From: Candidatus Aenigmatarchaeota archaeon
GTDB lineage: Archaea; Aenigmatarchaeota; Aenigmatarchaeia; CG10238-14
Direction of reading: 5' to 3'
Length of the DNA stretch: 64,000 bases
Assembly (NCBI GenBank): GCA_030018415.1
Contig: JASEGC010000001.1
Coordinates: 55,261 to 119,260 of the forward strand
Shown: one piece after another, positions 46,265 to 54,775 of the stretch
How the letters are laid out: each line of letters opens with the position of its first letter
How positions within the stretch are numbered: position 1 is the stretch's first letter
The notes under the pieces: model-generated
Databases searched by the model: none
Told to the model about the DNA's origin: nothing
Seen by the model: only the letters and a program-made list of their open reading frames with translations
Translations under genes and position numbers: made by a program

Positions 46265-47041
46265 CTGGTAAAGAAGAAAGGCTTCCCATCAGTCGGTGAG
46301 ATTGTTATAGTTACAGTCACAAACCTCACTCCTTATTCTGCTCTCTGTCGATTAGAAGAATATCCTGGAAAAGAAGGAATGATCCACGTTTCAGAAGTCT
46401 CTGGGAAATGGGTAAGGGATATAAGAAAATTCGTGAAGATGAATAAAACTTACATAGCAAAAGTCTTGCACGTGGATGAAGGAAAAGGTCACATTGCACT
46501 GAGCTTGAAGAGAGTTGCTAAGGTAGACAAAACAAGAAAGATACAAGAGTTCAAGTATGAACAAAAGGCAGAGAAAATACTCAGGAAGATAGCAAGGGAA
46601 AAAAACATAACTTTGGAAAAGGCATACGAATTGATCGGTTATGAGCTACAAGAAAAATTCGATGATATGTTCGAGGCGTTTGAACTCGCTTCTGAGTCAC
46701 CAGAACCACTCATCAACAAAGGAATAGAAAAAAAATGGGCTGAAATCATACACAAAGTTGCGAAAGAGAGCATCGTTAAAAAAAGAGTTAAGATAAGGGC
46801 AGAGTTGAACGTGAAGTTTTACACTGGTGATGGAATAGAAAAGATAAAAGAATTTATGGACAACCTAATCAATAAATATGGATTAAACATAAAATATATT
46901 AGTGCCCCAAAGTACAATGTGGAGATAGAGAGTGACAACCCAAAATTAGCACAAAAAGAATTGATAAAAAGATTGACTAATGCTGTATCAAGCATAAAGG
47001 ATGGTGATGCTGAATTTAAGATTATTGGTGAAAAAAGATGA
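46265..47041 (+). CDS. eif2a: Translation initiation factor aIF2 alpha, probable CTG start
   Basis: S1 domain FPSVGEIV...LEEYPGKEGMIHVSEVS..WVRDI, YISAPKY. In-frame stop at 46247, SD AGGTGG, then CTG 46265. Confidence 0.9.
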   Translation: MVKKKGFPSVGEIVIVTVTNLTPYSALCRLEEYPGKEGMIHVSEVSGKWVRDIRKFVKMNKTYIAKVLHVDEGKGHIALSLKRVAKVDKTRKIQEFKYEQKAEKILRKIAREKNITLEKAYELIGYELQEKFDDMFEAFELASESPEPLINKGIEKKWAEIIHKVAKESIVKKRVKIRAELNVKFYTGDGIEKIKEFMDNLINKYGLNIKYISAPKYNVEIESDNPKLAQKELIKRLTNAVSSIKDGDAEFKIIGEKR

Positions 47042-47844
47042 TTGAAACTAAAATTAGAGTCCATAAAAAGATACCAAAGTTGGACAACCCGATATTCATA
47101 GAGGGATTACCAGGAGTTGGTAACGTCGGTAGGATTGCCGCAGGCTATCTTGCAGAGCAGTTGAAAGCTGAAGAGTTCGCTGAATTATTCTCACCGCATT
47201 TTCTACCGTTCGTTCTTTTGCATCAGAGTTCAGCTGTTCATATTCTCAAGAATGAATTCTTCTACTGGAAAGCTAAAAAAAGTGACCAAAGAGATTTGAT
47301 AATCCTGATCGGAGATAGTCAGAGCATAGACCCCTTAGGACATTATGAAATTGTTGAGACTGTTCTGGATTTTTTGGAAGGTTTAGGCGTTAAAGAAATG
47401 ATAACCATAGCAGGTTTGAACGTCGGAATGTTAGAAAGAGAACCAAGAGTGATCGGAGCAGTGAGTGATCCTGAGATTATCAAGAACTATAAGAACTATG
47501 GCATAGATTTTGATGCAGGTGCTAAAGTCGGGACAATTGTAGGAGCATCTGGCTTATTCTTGGGGTTAGGGAAATATAGGGGAATGAAAGGAGTTTGTCT
47601 GCTAGGCGAGACTTCAGGATTTCCGATAATTCCGGATCCCAAGAGTGCCGAAGCTGTGTTGAAAACTTTGATGAGAATACTCAACATAAAGATTGACATG
47701 TCCAAATTACAAGATAAAGTCAAAGAGATGGAGAATTTCATGAAGAAGATTGAGAAGGTTCAGCACAGAGCGATAAGACAATTAGCGCAACAGATGAGAG
47801 AACCAAGTGAAGAAAAGGAAGAGGAACTGAAGTACATAGGATAA
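47038..47844 (+). CDS. PAC2 family proteasome assembly chaperone
   Basis: EGLPGVGNVG, GDSQ, IVGASGL.LG, CLLGET.G...DPKSA. Confidence 0.9.
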   Translation: MIETKIRVHKKIPKLDNPIFIEGLPGVGNVGRIAAGYLAEQLKAEEFAELFSPHFLPFVLLHQSSAVHILKNEFFYWKAKKSDQRDLIILIGDSQSIDPLGHYEIVETVLDFLEGLGVKEMITIAGLNVGMLEREPRVIGAVSDPEIIKNYKNYGIDFDAGAKVGTIVGASGLFLGLGKYRGMKGVCLLGETSGFPIIPDPKSAEAVLKTLMRILNIKIDMSKLQDKVKEMENFMKKIEKVQHRAIRQLAQQMREPSEEKEEELKYIG

Positions 47845-47877
47845 ACTTAAGAATCTTCGTTTGGATAATGTGAGTTT

Positions 47878-48471
47878 ATGGCAGAGGGATTGTTACTCCC
47901 AAAACAAGATTATCTATCCGCTGGAATACACATAGGAATGAAATCTAGGACAGCAGACATGAAAAAATTCATCTATAAAGTCAGAGAAGATGGTTTAGCT
48001 GTTTTAGATTTGAAGATGCTGGATGAGAGGATAGCGATCGCGGCAAAATTCTTATCGAGTATGAAAAAAATCGTTGTTGTCGGAAGGAAGTTGAATTCAC
48101 ATACTCCCGTGAAAAAATTTTCTGAGGTTGTCGGATGTGATTGTGTGATAGGAAGGTTCATGCCAGGGACTTTGACGAATCCTAGCTACAAAAAATTCAT
48201 TGAGCCTGATGTTGTTCTGTTGACAGATCCTCTATCAGATTATCAAGCGTTGAAAGAGGCCGTAGATTGCAGGGTTTCCGTTGTTGCTCTTTGCGATACT
48301 TTCAACGAGACTAGAAACATCGATTTAGTCATACCATGTAACAACAAAGGAAAGAAGTCTCTTGCTTTAATCTACTGGCTCTTGGCTAGAGAGATATTGA
48401 AGAACAAAGGAGAAAAGGAATTCAAGTATAAAGTTGAAGATTTCATGGGACCTGAGGAAGAGGAAAAATAG
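47878..48471 (+). CDS. rps2: 30S ribosomal protein S2
   Basis: YL.AG.HIG, GRFMPGTLTNP, IPCNNKG..SLALIYWLLARE. Confidence 0.97.
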   Translation: MAEGLLLPKQDYLSAGIHIGMKSRTADMKKFIYKVREDGLAVLDLKMLDERIAIAAKFLSSMKKIVVVGRKLNSHTPVKKFSEVVGCDCVIGRFMPGTLTNPSYKKFIEPDVVLLTDPLSDYQALKEAVDCRVSVVALCDTFNETRNIDLVIPCNNKGKKSLALIYWLLAREILKNKGEKEFKYKVEDFMGPEEEEK

Positions 48472-48474
48472 TTA

Positions 48475-48741
48475 TTACATTTTCCATAACTTTGTACCTT
48501 CATGTAATATTTTGGAGGCATGCTTTAAACCCAGTTTAACGAGCTTGTAGCTTGCTTCTGTAGGATGTTTTTCTAACAACCCATCCCTAGACAACCTTCT
48601 AAGATAAGATCTAACGATTGGTCTCTGGCGTTTCGTGAATTTAGAAGCGATAAAATCTTCCTGTAAATATTTATCGACTGAACCCTTAGTAAAAACCAGG
48701 AATACTAATAGAATCGTCTTTTCTAATTCTGTTAATTTCAT
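48475..48741 (-). CDS. Small winged-helix-like protein
   Basis: L.RL...GLL.KHPT...Y.L...G motif. Confidence 0.6.
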   Translation of the reverse strand: MKLTELEKTILLVFLVFTKGSVDKYLQEDFIASKFTKRQRPIVRSYLRRLSRDGLLEKHPTEASYKLVKLGLKHASKILHEGTKLWKM

Positions 48742-48874
48742 GCAACATATGTTATATTAATTTAAATAAATAATTATGTCTTAAATTAAGAAAAAAAATA
48801 AATTTATATGCGTTAAATATTTATGTAATGAATTTTGAATAGTTAATCATAAATCAATCTAAGAATGTGACATA

Positions 48875-49159
48875 ATGCCTAAAGAAAGTTACACGGAAGA
48901 TGTAGTTTATGCTTTTGTTTGCAGACATCCAGGAATGTGCACTTATTTCATATCAAAGAAACTTGGCATGACTGGTGGAAGAGTTCGGTATGCTCTCTCT
49001 AAATTGAAAGAAAAAGGTTTAGTCAAGTTCAAGTTCGAGAGAAGAAGCACAAGGATTAAAAAATTGACTTATCCTGTCGATGCTTGGTCTTTGTTGCCTA
49101 AAGTGTTGAGAGAAGAATTAAAAGGAATGATGAAGCAAAAGTCTAGCTTCAGAGAGTAA
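48875..49159 (+). CDS. wHTH DNA-binding protein
   Basis: HPG..TY.ISKKLGMTGGRVR.AL..L...GLV. Confidence 0.75.
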   Translation: MPKESYTEDVVYAFVCRHPGMCTYFISKKLGMTGGRVRYALSKLKEKGLVKFKFERRSTRIKKLTYPVDAWSLLPKVLREELKGMMKQKSSFRE

Positions 49160-49190
49160 CATTTATAAATTCTAACTCTCTAAATAATTT

Positions 49191-49451
49191 GGCTGGTAAG
49201 TTGGGAAGACGGCTTCGCTTTTCTTTAAAAGGAAAGGTGAGGAAGTTCCATCCACCATGAGGATGCTGAAAAGCGGACTGAGAAGTTCGTGAACGATATC
49301 AGAAACGATACCACCCTATCTCAATGGGATGATGCAAAGACGTCGGATAGAAGTGGATGAAACGGATTGATCACTCCGATGAGGTGCAAAGTTAAACTGC
49401 TCAGACGAATGCCGTCAAAACAGAAGATGGGCTATTCTCAGCATACCAGCC
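49191..49451 (+). ncRNA. rnpB: RNase P RNA (compact, type-M-like)
   Basis: P1 ends GGCTGGTA/TACCAGCC, CR-I GAGGAAGTTCCATCC, AGAAAC and TGAAACGG elements, CR-V AACAGAAGATGGGCTAT. Confidence 0.88.
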
Positions 49452-49486
49452 TTTTATATTTTTAACACCAATAATTAAGTGAGAAT

Positions 49487-49645
49487 ATGGCAAAGAAGGA
49501 TAGGTTCAGAATGCCTATGGGTATGGCAGGAATAACTAGGTACGGTGAAGAGACAAAAGAACAGATAAAAATTAAACCAAAGTATGTTATTGCTTTCTGC
49601 GTCGCTATAGTAATACTGGAACTCATTCTTAAGTTCTTTGGCTAA
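49487..49645 (+). CDS. secG: Preprotein translocase Sec61beta/SecG
   Basis: MP.GMAGITRY.EE....IKI.PK.VI plus TM helix. Not in the ORF track. Confidence 0.88.
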   Translation: MAKKDRFRMPMGMAGITRYGEETKEQIKIKPKYVIAFCVAIVILELILKFFG

Positions 49646-49686
49646 ATTTTAAATTCTCATGATTTATTCTATTCTTCGGTGGTTTC

Positions 49687-50526
49687 TTGAAAATCTGGAT
49701 AGGTACGGCAGGAGTCCCTGAATCTTCGAAAGACAGATCTACTTTAGGTGGACTTAAAACTGTTTCAGCTCTTAAGCTAAATTCGATGGAAATCGAGTTT
49801 GTGCGTGGGGTCAAGATGAGCAATGAAATTGCAAAAGAAGTTGGAAAGCTTGCTGATGATTTAAAAATAAGGTTATCGATTCATGCCCCTTACTTCATCA
49901 ATCTCTGTTCTTTAGAAAAGGATAAGCTTGAAGCGAGTAAGCAAAGAATTCTTGATTCGGCCGAGAGAGCTCATTTTATGCACGCTGACATAATAGTCTT
50001 TCATCCAGCTTATTATGGAAAATTATCAGAAAAAGAAGCATTCCAAAAAGTTAAAGAAGCCTGTGAAGATCTTCTGGATAGGATGAAAGATCGTGGCTTC
50101 AGCGATGTAAGATTGGGTTTGGAAACTACTGGAAAAGTTTCACAGTTCGGAACTTTAGATGAGATAATCGAAATATGTAAAGAGGTCAAAGGTTGTACTC
50201 CTGTAATCGATTTTGCACATCTCTATGCCCGAGCTGCAGGAAGAATAGATTTTTCTGAGATATTCGATAAAATTCTTGTCATTAAACTGAAGCACTTACA
50301 CACTCATTTCAGCGGGATGGAATTCAGTCCTGTGAGGATGACTGGTATGGGAAATGAAAGGAGACATCTGAATCTTAAAGATGGTGCTCCTCCAGATTAT
50401 AAACCTTTAGTAAAAGAAATTTTGAATAGAAAGGTAGACATAACACTTATCTCCGAGAGTCCGAACTTAGAAGGAGATGCTCTATTCTTGAAAGGTGTGT
50501 TTGAAAAAGAAGGATATAAGTTTTAA
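49687..50526 (+). CDS. Endonuclease IV-like TIM-barrel protein
   Basis: MEIEFVRGV, HAPYFINL, FHPAYY, ETTGK.SQFG, DFAHL.AR, ISESP.LE.DA. Confidence 0.88.
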   Translation: MKIWIGTAGVPESSKDRSTLGGLKTVSALKLNSMEIEFVRGVKMSNEIAKEVGKLADDLKIRLSIHAPYFINLCSLEKDKLEASKQRILDSAERAHFMHADIIVFHPAYYGKLSEKEAFQKVKEACEDLLDRMKDRGFSDVRLGLETTGKVSQFGTLDEIIEICKEVKGCTPVIDFAHLYARAAGRIDFSEIFDKILVIKLKHLHTHFSGMEFSPVRMTGMGNERRHLNLKDGAPPDYKPLVKEILNRKVDITLISESPNLEGDALFLKGVFEKEGYKF

Positions 50527-50557
50527 TTATTTTTAACTTGAAATTCATCTTAATACC

Positions 50558-51214
50558 ATGGAACAAAAAAATAGAAGTGTAAAATTACTTTTGAAAGAAT
50601 TTCCGAAGACTTATTCTGAAGAATTGGGAATCGATTTAATGAGTAAAAAACCAAGGGAAATATTCAAATGGTTTCTAGCTTCGATACTGTTTGGCCATAG
50701 GATTTCTGAGACGATTGCAAAGAGAACTTACAGAGAGTTTGAGAAAGAAAAACTATTATCTCCTGAAGCTATTCTTGATGCCGGTTGGGATGAATTAGTC
50801 AGAGTGTTGGATAATGGTGGGTATGTAAGGTATGATTTTTCGACTGCTTCCGCTTTACTCGATATAATGAGAAATTTAAAAGAAAAATACGGGTCTTTGG
50901 AGAAGCTATATGAAGAATCTAAAGATTCAAAGAATTTGGAATTAAGACTGCAAGAATTTAAGAGAGTAGGACCGACTACAGTAAACATCTTCTTGCGTGA
51001 GCTGAGAAGCATATGGCCTAAGGCTGATCCTAAAATTTCAAAATTCGTTAAGCTTGCTGCAAAAAACCTTAATATTGATCTAAAGATGTCTAACGAGAAA
51101 TCTGAAAAATTCGTCCATATAGAGTCTGCACTACTGAGACTTGGAAAAGATTACTGTAATAAGAAAAAATGTAATGTTTGTGTTTTTCCATGCAAGAAAG
51201 GTTTAAAAATTTAA
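50558..51214 (+). CDS. HhH-GPD superfamily protein
   Basis: FKWFLASILFG.RISE.IA, GGYVRYD, FK.VGP.T.NIFLRE. Confidence 0.8.
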   Translation: MEQKNRSVKLLLKEFPKTYSEELGIDLMSKKPREIFKWFLASILFGHRISETIAKRTYREFEKEKLLSPEAILDAGWDELVRVLDNGGYVRYDFSTASALLDIMRNLKEKYGSLEKLYEESKDSKNLELRLQEFKRVGPTTVNIFLRELRSIWPKADPKISKFVKLAAKNLNIDLKMSNEKSEKFVHIESALLRLGKDYCNKKKCNVCVFPCKKGLKI

Positions 51215-51232
51215 CATTTCAAAGAGAGTTAT

Positions 51233-51997
51233 ATGTTTAGTCCACAAAACACTGAAATACAACTCTACATAAAAGAATTACGTACATACGGTAGAAATGT
51301 AGAAGAAATAAGTTGTAAAGACAATAAATGGGTTCTCCGCATAGATCCTCCCTACAATGGAAATAACACGATAGAGATCGAATGCATGCATAACCCCAAA
51401 AAAGAACTCGAAAATGCCATAAAATACATAAGATCAATACCAGAATTTGAAAAAATTCGAGATAAAAATCTGGAGATTAAGTCAAGGATTATAAGTAAAT
51501 TCAAACAGGCTTATGTTGGACCTACAAAACCCAGATCGGGAATTTTAAGGAAGTTTTATCATGGCAAACCGATAAAAACACCTGAAGATTTTTACCAATT
51601 TTTCGAAGATCTTATAGATTTAGCTACATCTAATTTTGTTCTGCCAAAACAATTGAAACAAATCATAAACATGTATAAAAAGAAAAAACCTCACGAAAAA
51701 ATTATATTGCCTCCTGTCGGTAAGTACGGGTGGGTCAATCTTGATGATGTAAAAGTCGTTCAGCAACCATACACTATACCAAAAGAACCAACTCCAAAAT
51801 TACCTAGAGAAATATTTATCAGAAAAAAACTTATGATGGATGTTGCGATTGAAGATGCCAACCGGGAGAAATCAATAGAACAAGATGAGAAAATGATAGC
51901 AAGTGATATTTTTTACCGTGATCTAATCGCAAATTTAGAGAAAGAATTAACCTATACCGAGCAATGTAATTCTGATAGTTCAAAAGATTCAGAGTAA
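51233..51997 (+). CDS. Hypothetical orphan protein
   Basis: 254-aa ORF, no recognised motif. Confidence 0.55.
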   Translation: MFSPQNTEIQLYIKELRTYGRNVEEISCKDNKWVLRIDPPYNGNNTIEIECMHNPKKELENAIKYIRSIPEFEKIRDKNLEIKSRIISKFKQAYVGPTKPRSGILRKFYHGKPIKTPEDFYQFFEDLIDLATSNFVLPKQLKQIINMYKKKKPHEKIILPPVGKYGWVNLDDVKVVQQPYTIPKEPTPKLPREIFIRKKLMMDVAIEDANREKSIEQDEKMIASDIFYRDLIANLEKELTYTEQCNSDSSKDSE

Positions 51998-52492
51998 TTT
52001 TGCTATTTCTCTTCCAAAGTTTCTTGCTGAACTCGGGCCATCAGCTGTTATTATTTTTCCATCTTTTTCGACTGAGTTTCCAGTGTAGATTGCACCTTTT
52101 GCTCTAAGATTACCTCTTTCGCTAGACCAACACGTTGCTCTTTTCCCCTTTAATATACCAGCATTAGCTAAAGTACTCGGTGCTATACAGATTGCTCCGA
52201 TTACTTTTCCTTTTCTGTGGGCATTTTTAGCGATTTCATGAGCTTTTGAATTATTAAAGTATATCGAAGAACCAGAACCCCCGACGAATACTATTGCATC
52301 GTAATCATCCACGTTAACTTCATCTATTGTCATTTCAGGGGTCACAGTTCCGCCCAGCATTCCAGTCGCTGTATTTGTAGCAGTCGAGGCAATGGTAACA
52401 TCGTTTCCAGAAGATTCCAACTCTTCTTTTGTGTTAAATAATTCCTCGTCCCTGAAATTCTTTGGTGCGATTATCATCAATACTTTTCCCAT
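51989..52492 (-). CDS. DJ-1/PfpI family protein
   Basis: FRDEE, FVGG.G, GAICIAP..LA.AG.L.GK.AT. Confidence 0.92.
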   Translation of the reverse strand: MGKVLMIIAPKNFRDEELFNTKEELESSGNDVTIASTATNTATGMLGGTVTPEMTIDEVNVDDYDAIVFVGGSGSSIYFNNSKAHEIAKNAHRKGKVIGAICIAPSTLANAGILKGKRATCWSSERGNLRAKGAIYTGNSVEKDGKIITADGPSSARNFGREIAKLL

Positions 52493-52536
52493 AAATTCAC
52501 CTCCTATCTTTAATTTTAAACTACAAATAAATAATT

Positions 52537-52956
52537 ATGAAAAAGTTTGAGTTTGTCGATATTACTACAGCAGATGTTGCTTTTAAAGCTTATGGCAAAA
52601 ACTTGAACGAACTTTTTGCCAATTCTGCTCTAGCAATGTTTGAAGTTATGATAAACACAAAGCAAGTAAAACCAAGGATTATAAGGGGACTGAAAGTAAA
52701 AGGAAATGATTTACAATCTTTAATGTTCAGTTGGCTCAATGAGCTATTGGTTTTTGTTGATTCAGAGAATCTGGCATTTTCTAGTTTTAAAACAGAAGTT
52801 GATGAGAAAAATTTTACTTTGAACGCAGTTTGTAAAGGAGAGAAGATCGATCCTAAAAAACATGAGATAAGAACTGCCGTGAAAGCATGCACATACCATC
52901 AAATGAAAATTGAGAAAAATAAAATTTGGAAAATTCAGGTTATTTTAGATATTTAA
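52537..52956 (+). CDS. Archease (RtcB cofactor)
   Basis: TADV.F.AYG...ELF.N.A, WLNEL, VKACTYH, C-terminal DI. Confidence 0.92.
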   Translation: MKKFEFVDITTADVAFKAYGKNLNELFANSALAMFEVMINTKQVKPRIIRGLKVKGNDLQSLMFSWLNELLVFVDSENLAFSSFKTEVDEKNFTLNAVCKGEKIDPKKHEIRTAVKACTYHQMKIEKNKIWKIQVILDI

Positions 52957-52993
52957 GCAAGATTTCTAAAAAAATAATATTTTAGTGAAAAAA

Positions 52994-53110
52994 ATGAAAA
53001 AATGCCCAAACTGTGGAGCAAGTTTAAAGTTTATTCTCGATGAATGGGTTTGTTTAGAATGCGAGTACCATAGTGAAAAACCGAAAGAAGTGGAAAAATC
53101 TTTCAGATGA
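52994..53110 (+). CDS. 38-aa zinc-ribbon protein
   Basis: MKKCPNCGASLKFILDEWVCLECEYHSEKPKEVEKSFR*. Confidence 0.6.
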   Translation: MKKCPNCGASLKFILDEWVCLECEYHSEKPKEVEKSFR

Positions 53111-53135
53111 TGCTTAAGTTGAGTATCAAAGATTA

Positions 53136-54623
53136 TTAACCCTTTACAACTCCTAAAGGAACTAATCTAGCCACGCGCTTACTTATTCCAGCTTCTTCGG
53201 TTATCCTTGCTACTTCATCTATGTCCTTGTAAGCCTCTGGTGCTTCTTCTGCCATAACTCTCCAACTAGCAGCCCTTGATAAAATTCCTTTCTGGACAAG
53301 CCTTCTTGCTACTTCTTCCCCCCTCAAACCCCTTAACATTTTAGCTCTTGAGGCAACTCTTCCTGCCCCATGTGCGGTTGAATAGAAAGTTTCTTTTGCT
53401 GTATCTGATGCAACTAAAACGTAACTTGCACTACCCATACTCCCTGGAATAATCACTGGCTGCGCTGTATTTCTATAATCCTTTGGTATTTCTGGATGTC
53501 CTGCAGGAAAGGCTCTAGTGGCCCCTTTTCTATGAACATAAACCTTGACTTTTTTCCCATCGATCTCATGTTCTTCAATTTTTCCAATGTTGTGAGCGAC
53601 GTCATAAACAACTTCAAGACCCATGTCCTCCATTTTCATCCCTAAAACTTTTACAAAACTTTCTCTTACCCAATGATTTATGATTTGTCTGTTGGTCCAA
53701 GCATAGTTAGCTGCGCAAGCCATCGCAGAAAAATAATCTTCACACTCTTTTGTGCCAGAGGAGGCATAAACTAGTTCTCTATCTGGGAGTTTCCTTATTT
53801 CGTCTCTAAACCTTGATTCCAAAATTCTTAGGTAATCTGTACAAACTTGATGTCCAAAACCTCTTGAGCCTGTATGGATCATAACTGCTATTTGTCCTAT
53901 CTTTTCAATACCGAAAACTTTGGCAACTTCTGGGAGGAATATTTTATCTACAAGTTGAACCTCAAGAAAATGATTACCTGCCCCTAAAGTTCCAAGCTGA
54001 GGAGCACCTCTTTTCTTAGCTTCATTAGAAACTTTTTGTGGGTTTGCACCTTTCATGCAACCATTTTCTTCCAGATGATCTAAATCTTTTTCAGTGCCGT
54101 AACCTTTCTCAACAGCCCATCTAGCCCCATTTACTAAAACTTCATCCAACTCAGAAAAACTTAACCTTATTTTGCCTATTTCTCCCACTCCAGAAGGTAC
54201 ATTCCTAAAGATTGATTCTAACAATTCTCTTAATTTTGGTCTTATTTGATCTACAGTTAAATTCGTTCTAAGTAAGCGGACACCACAGTTGATGTCAATT
54301 TCGGGGATTTATACAGTCCAATCCGATGCCACCAGGTGAGAGTCCGCCACTGTTGTAATCCAGCGCTGCAACCCCTCCGATAGGAAATCCTTGGTCGCTT
54401 TCTAGCTGTAACCGAAATGCATATCGGGGAGTGCAATGCTATGTTTGTAGATGCCAGGCAGAAAAGCTACGTTTGCAGCTTGTTCAATTGCTTCTTCTTC
54501 AACTTCTCTAAGAAGTCTATCAGATAGGAATAATAAGACTGGTACTTTCATTCCTGGTTTTGCTTCTTTAGGCAGTTCCCACCTACAATTCGCAATCTTC
54601 TTTAATCTTTCCTTTAAGTTCAT
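53136..54623 (-). CDS. rtcB: tRNA-splicing ligase RtcB, interrupted by two BHB introns (54391-54407 and 54299-54320); 482 aa after splicing
   Basis: Spliced frame reads PDMHFGY^GFPIGGVAA...SPGGIG^FDINCGVR and continues to GNHF, HTGSRG, HRKGAT, HGAGR, EEAP.AYK, VVKG. Confidence 0.93.
54299..54320 (-). other. BHB-type mRNA intron 2 in rtcB (22 nt)
   Basis: Central helix TCGG/CCGA, bulges AT^T and AA^T, intron stem GGA/TCC, exon stem GGTGGCA/TGACATC. Confidence 0.9.
54391..54407 (-). other. BHB-type mRNA intron 1 in rtcB (17 nt)
   Basis: Central helix GGTT/GACC, bulges AC^A and AA^G, intron stem GCT/AGC; contains an in-frame TAG. Confidence 0.88.
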
Positions 54624-54775
54624 TCAATCACCGAATTAGATCTAAGCACGTACAGAATTAACTGTACGCACTCATTTCTGACTTTGCAGTAAGTACGCAC
54701 TAATTTACTTTATCGAGAAAGTACTTAAAACTTTACTCCAAAGAAAATAAATTTGTTCGAGTCCAATTAAGAGTT

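Noticed and set aside
50320-50360. Hairpin CAGTC...GACTG over an apparent insertion in the Endo IV-like gene as an in-frame intron
   Set aside because: The frame is open and I could not build two 3-nt bulges around a 4-bp helix. More likely a protein-level loop.
53136-54623. rtcB as a pseudogene, intein-split gene or programmed frameshift
   Set aside because: The inserts are 17 and 22 nt, both BHB-bounded, and exact removal restores invariant motifs. There are no other lesions, no intein motifs and no slippery site.
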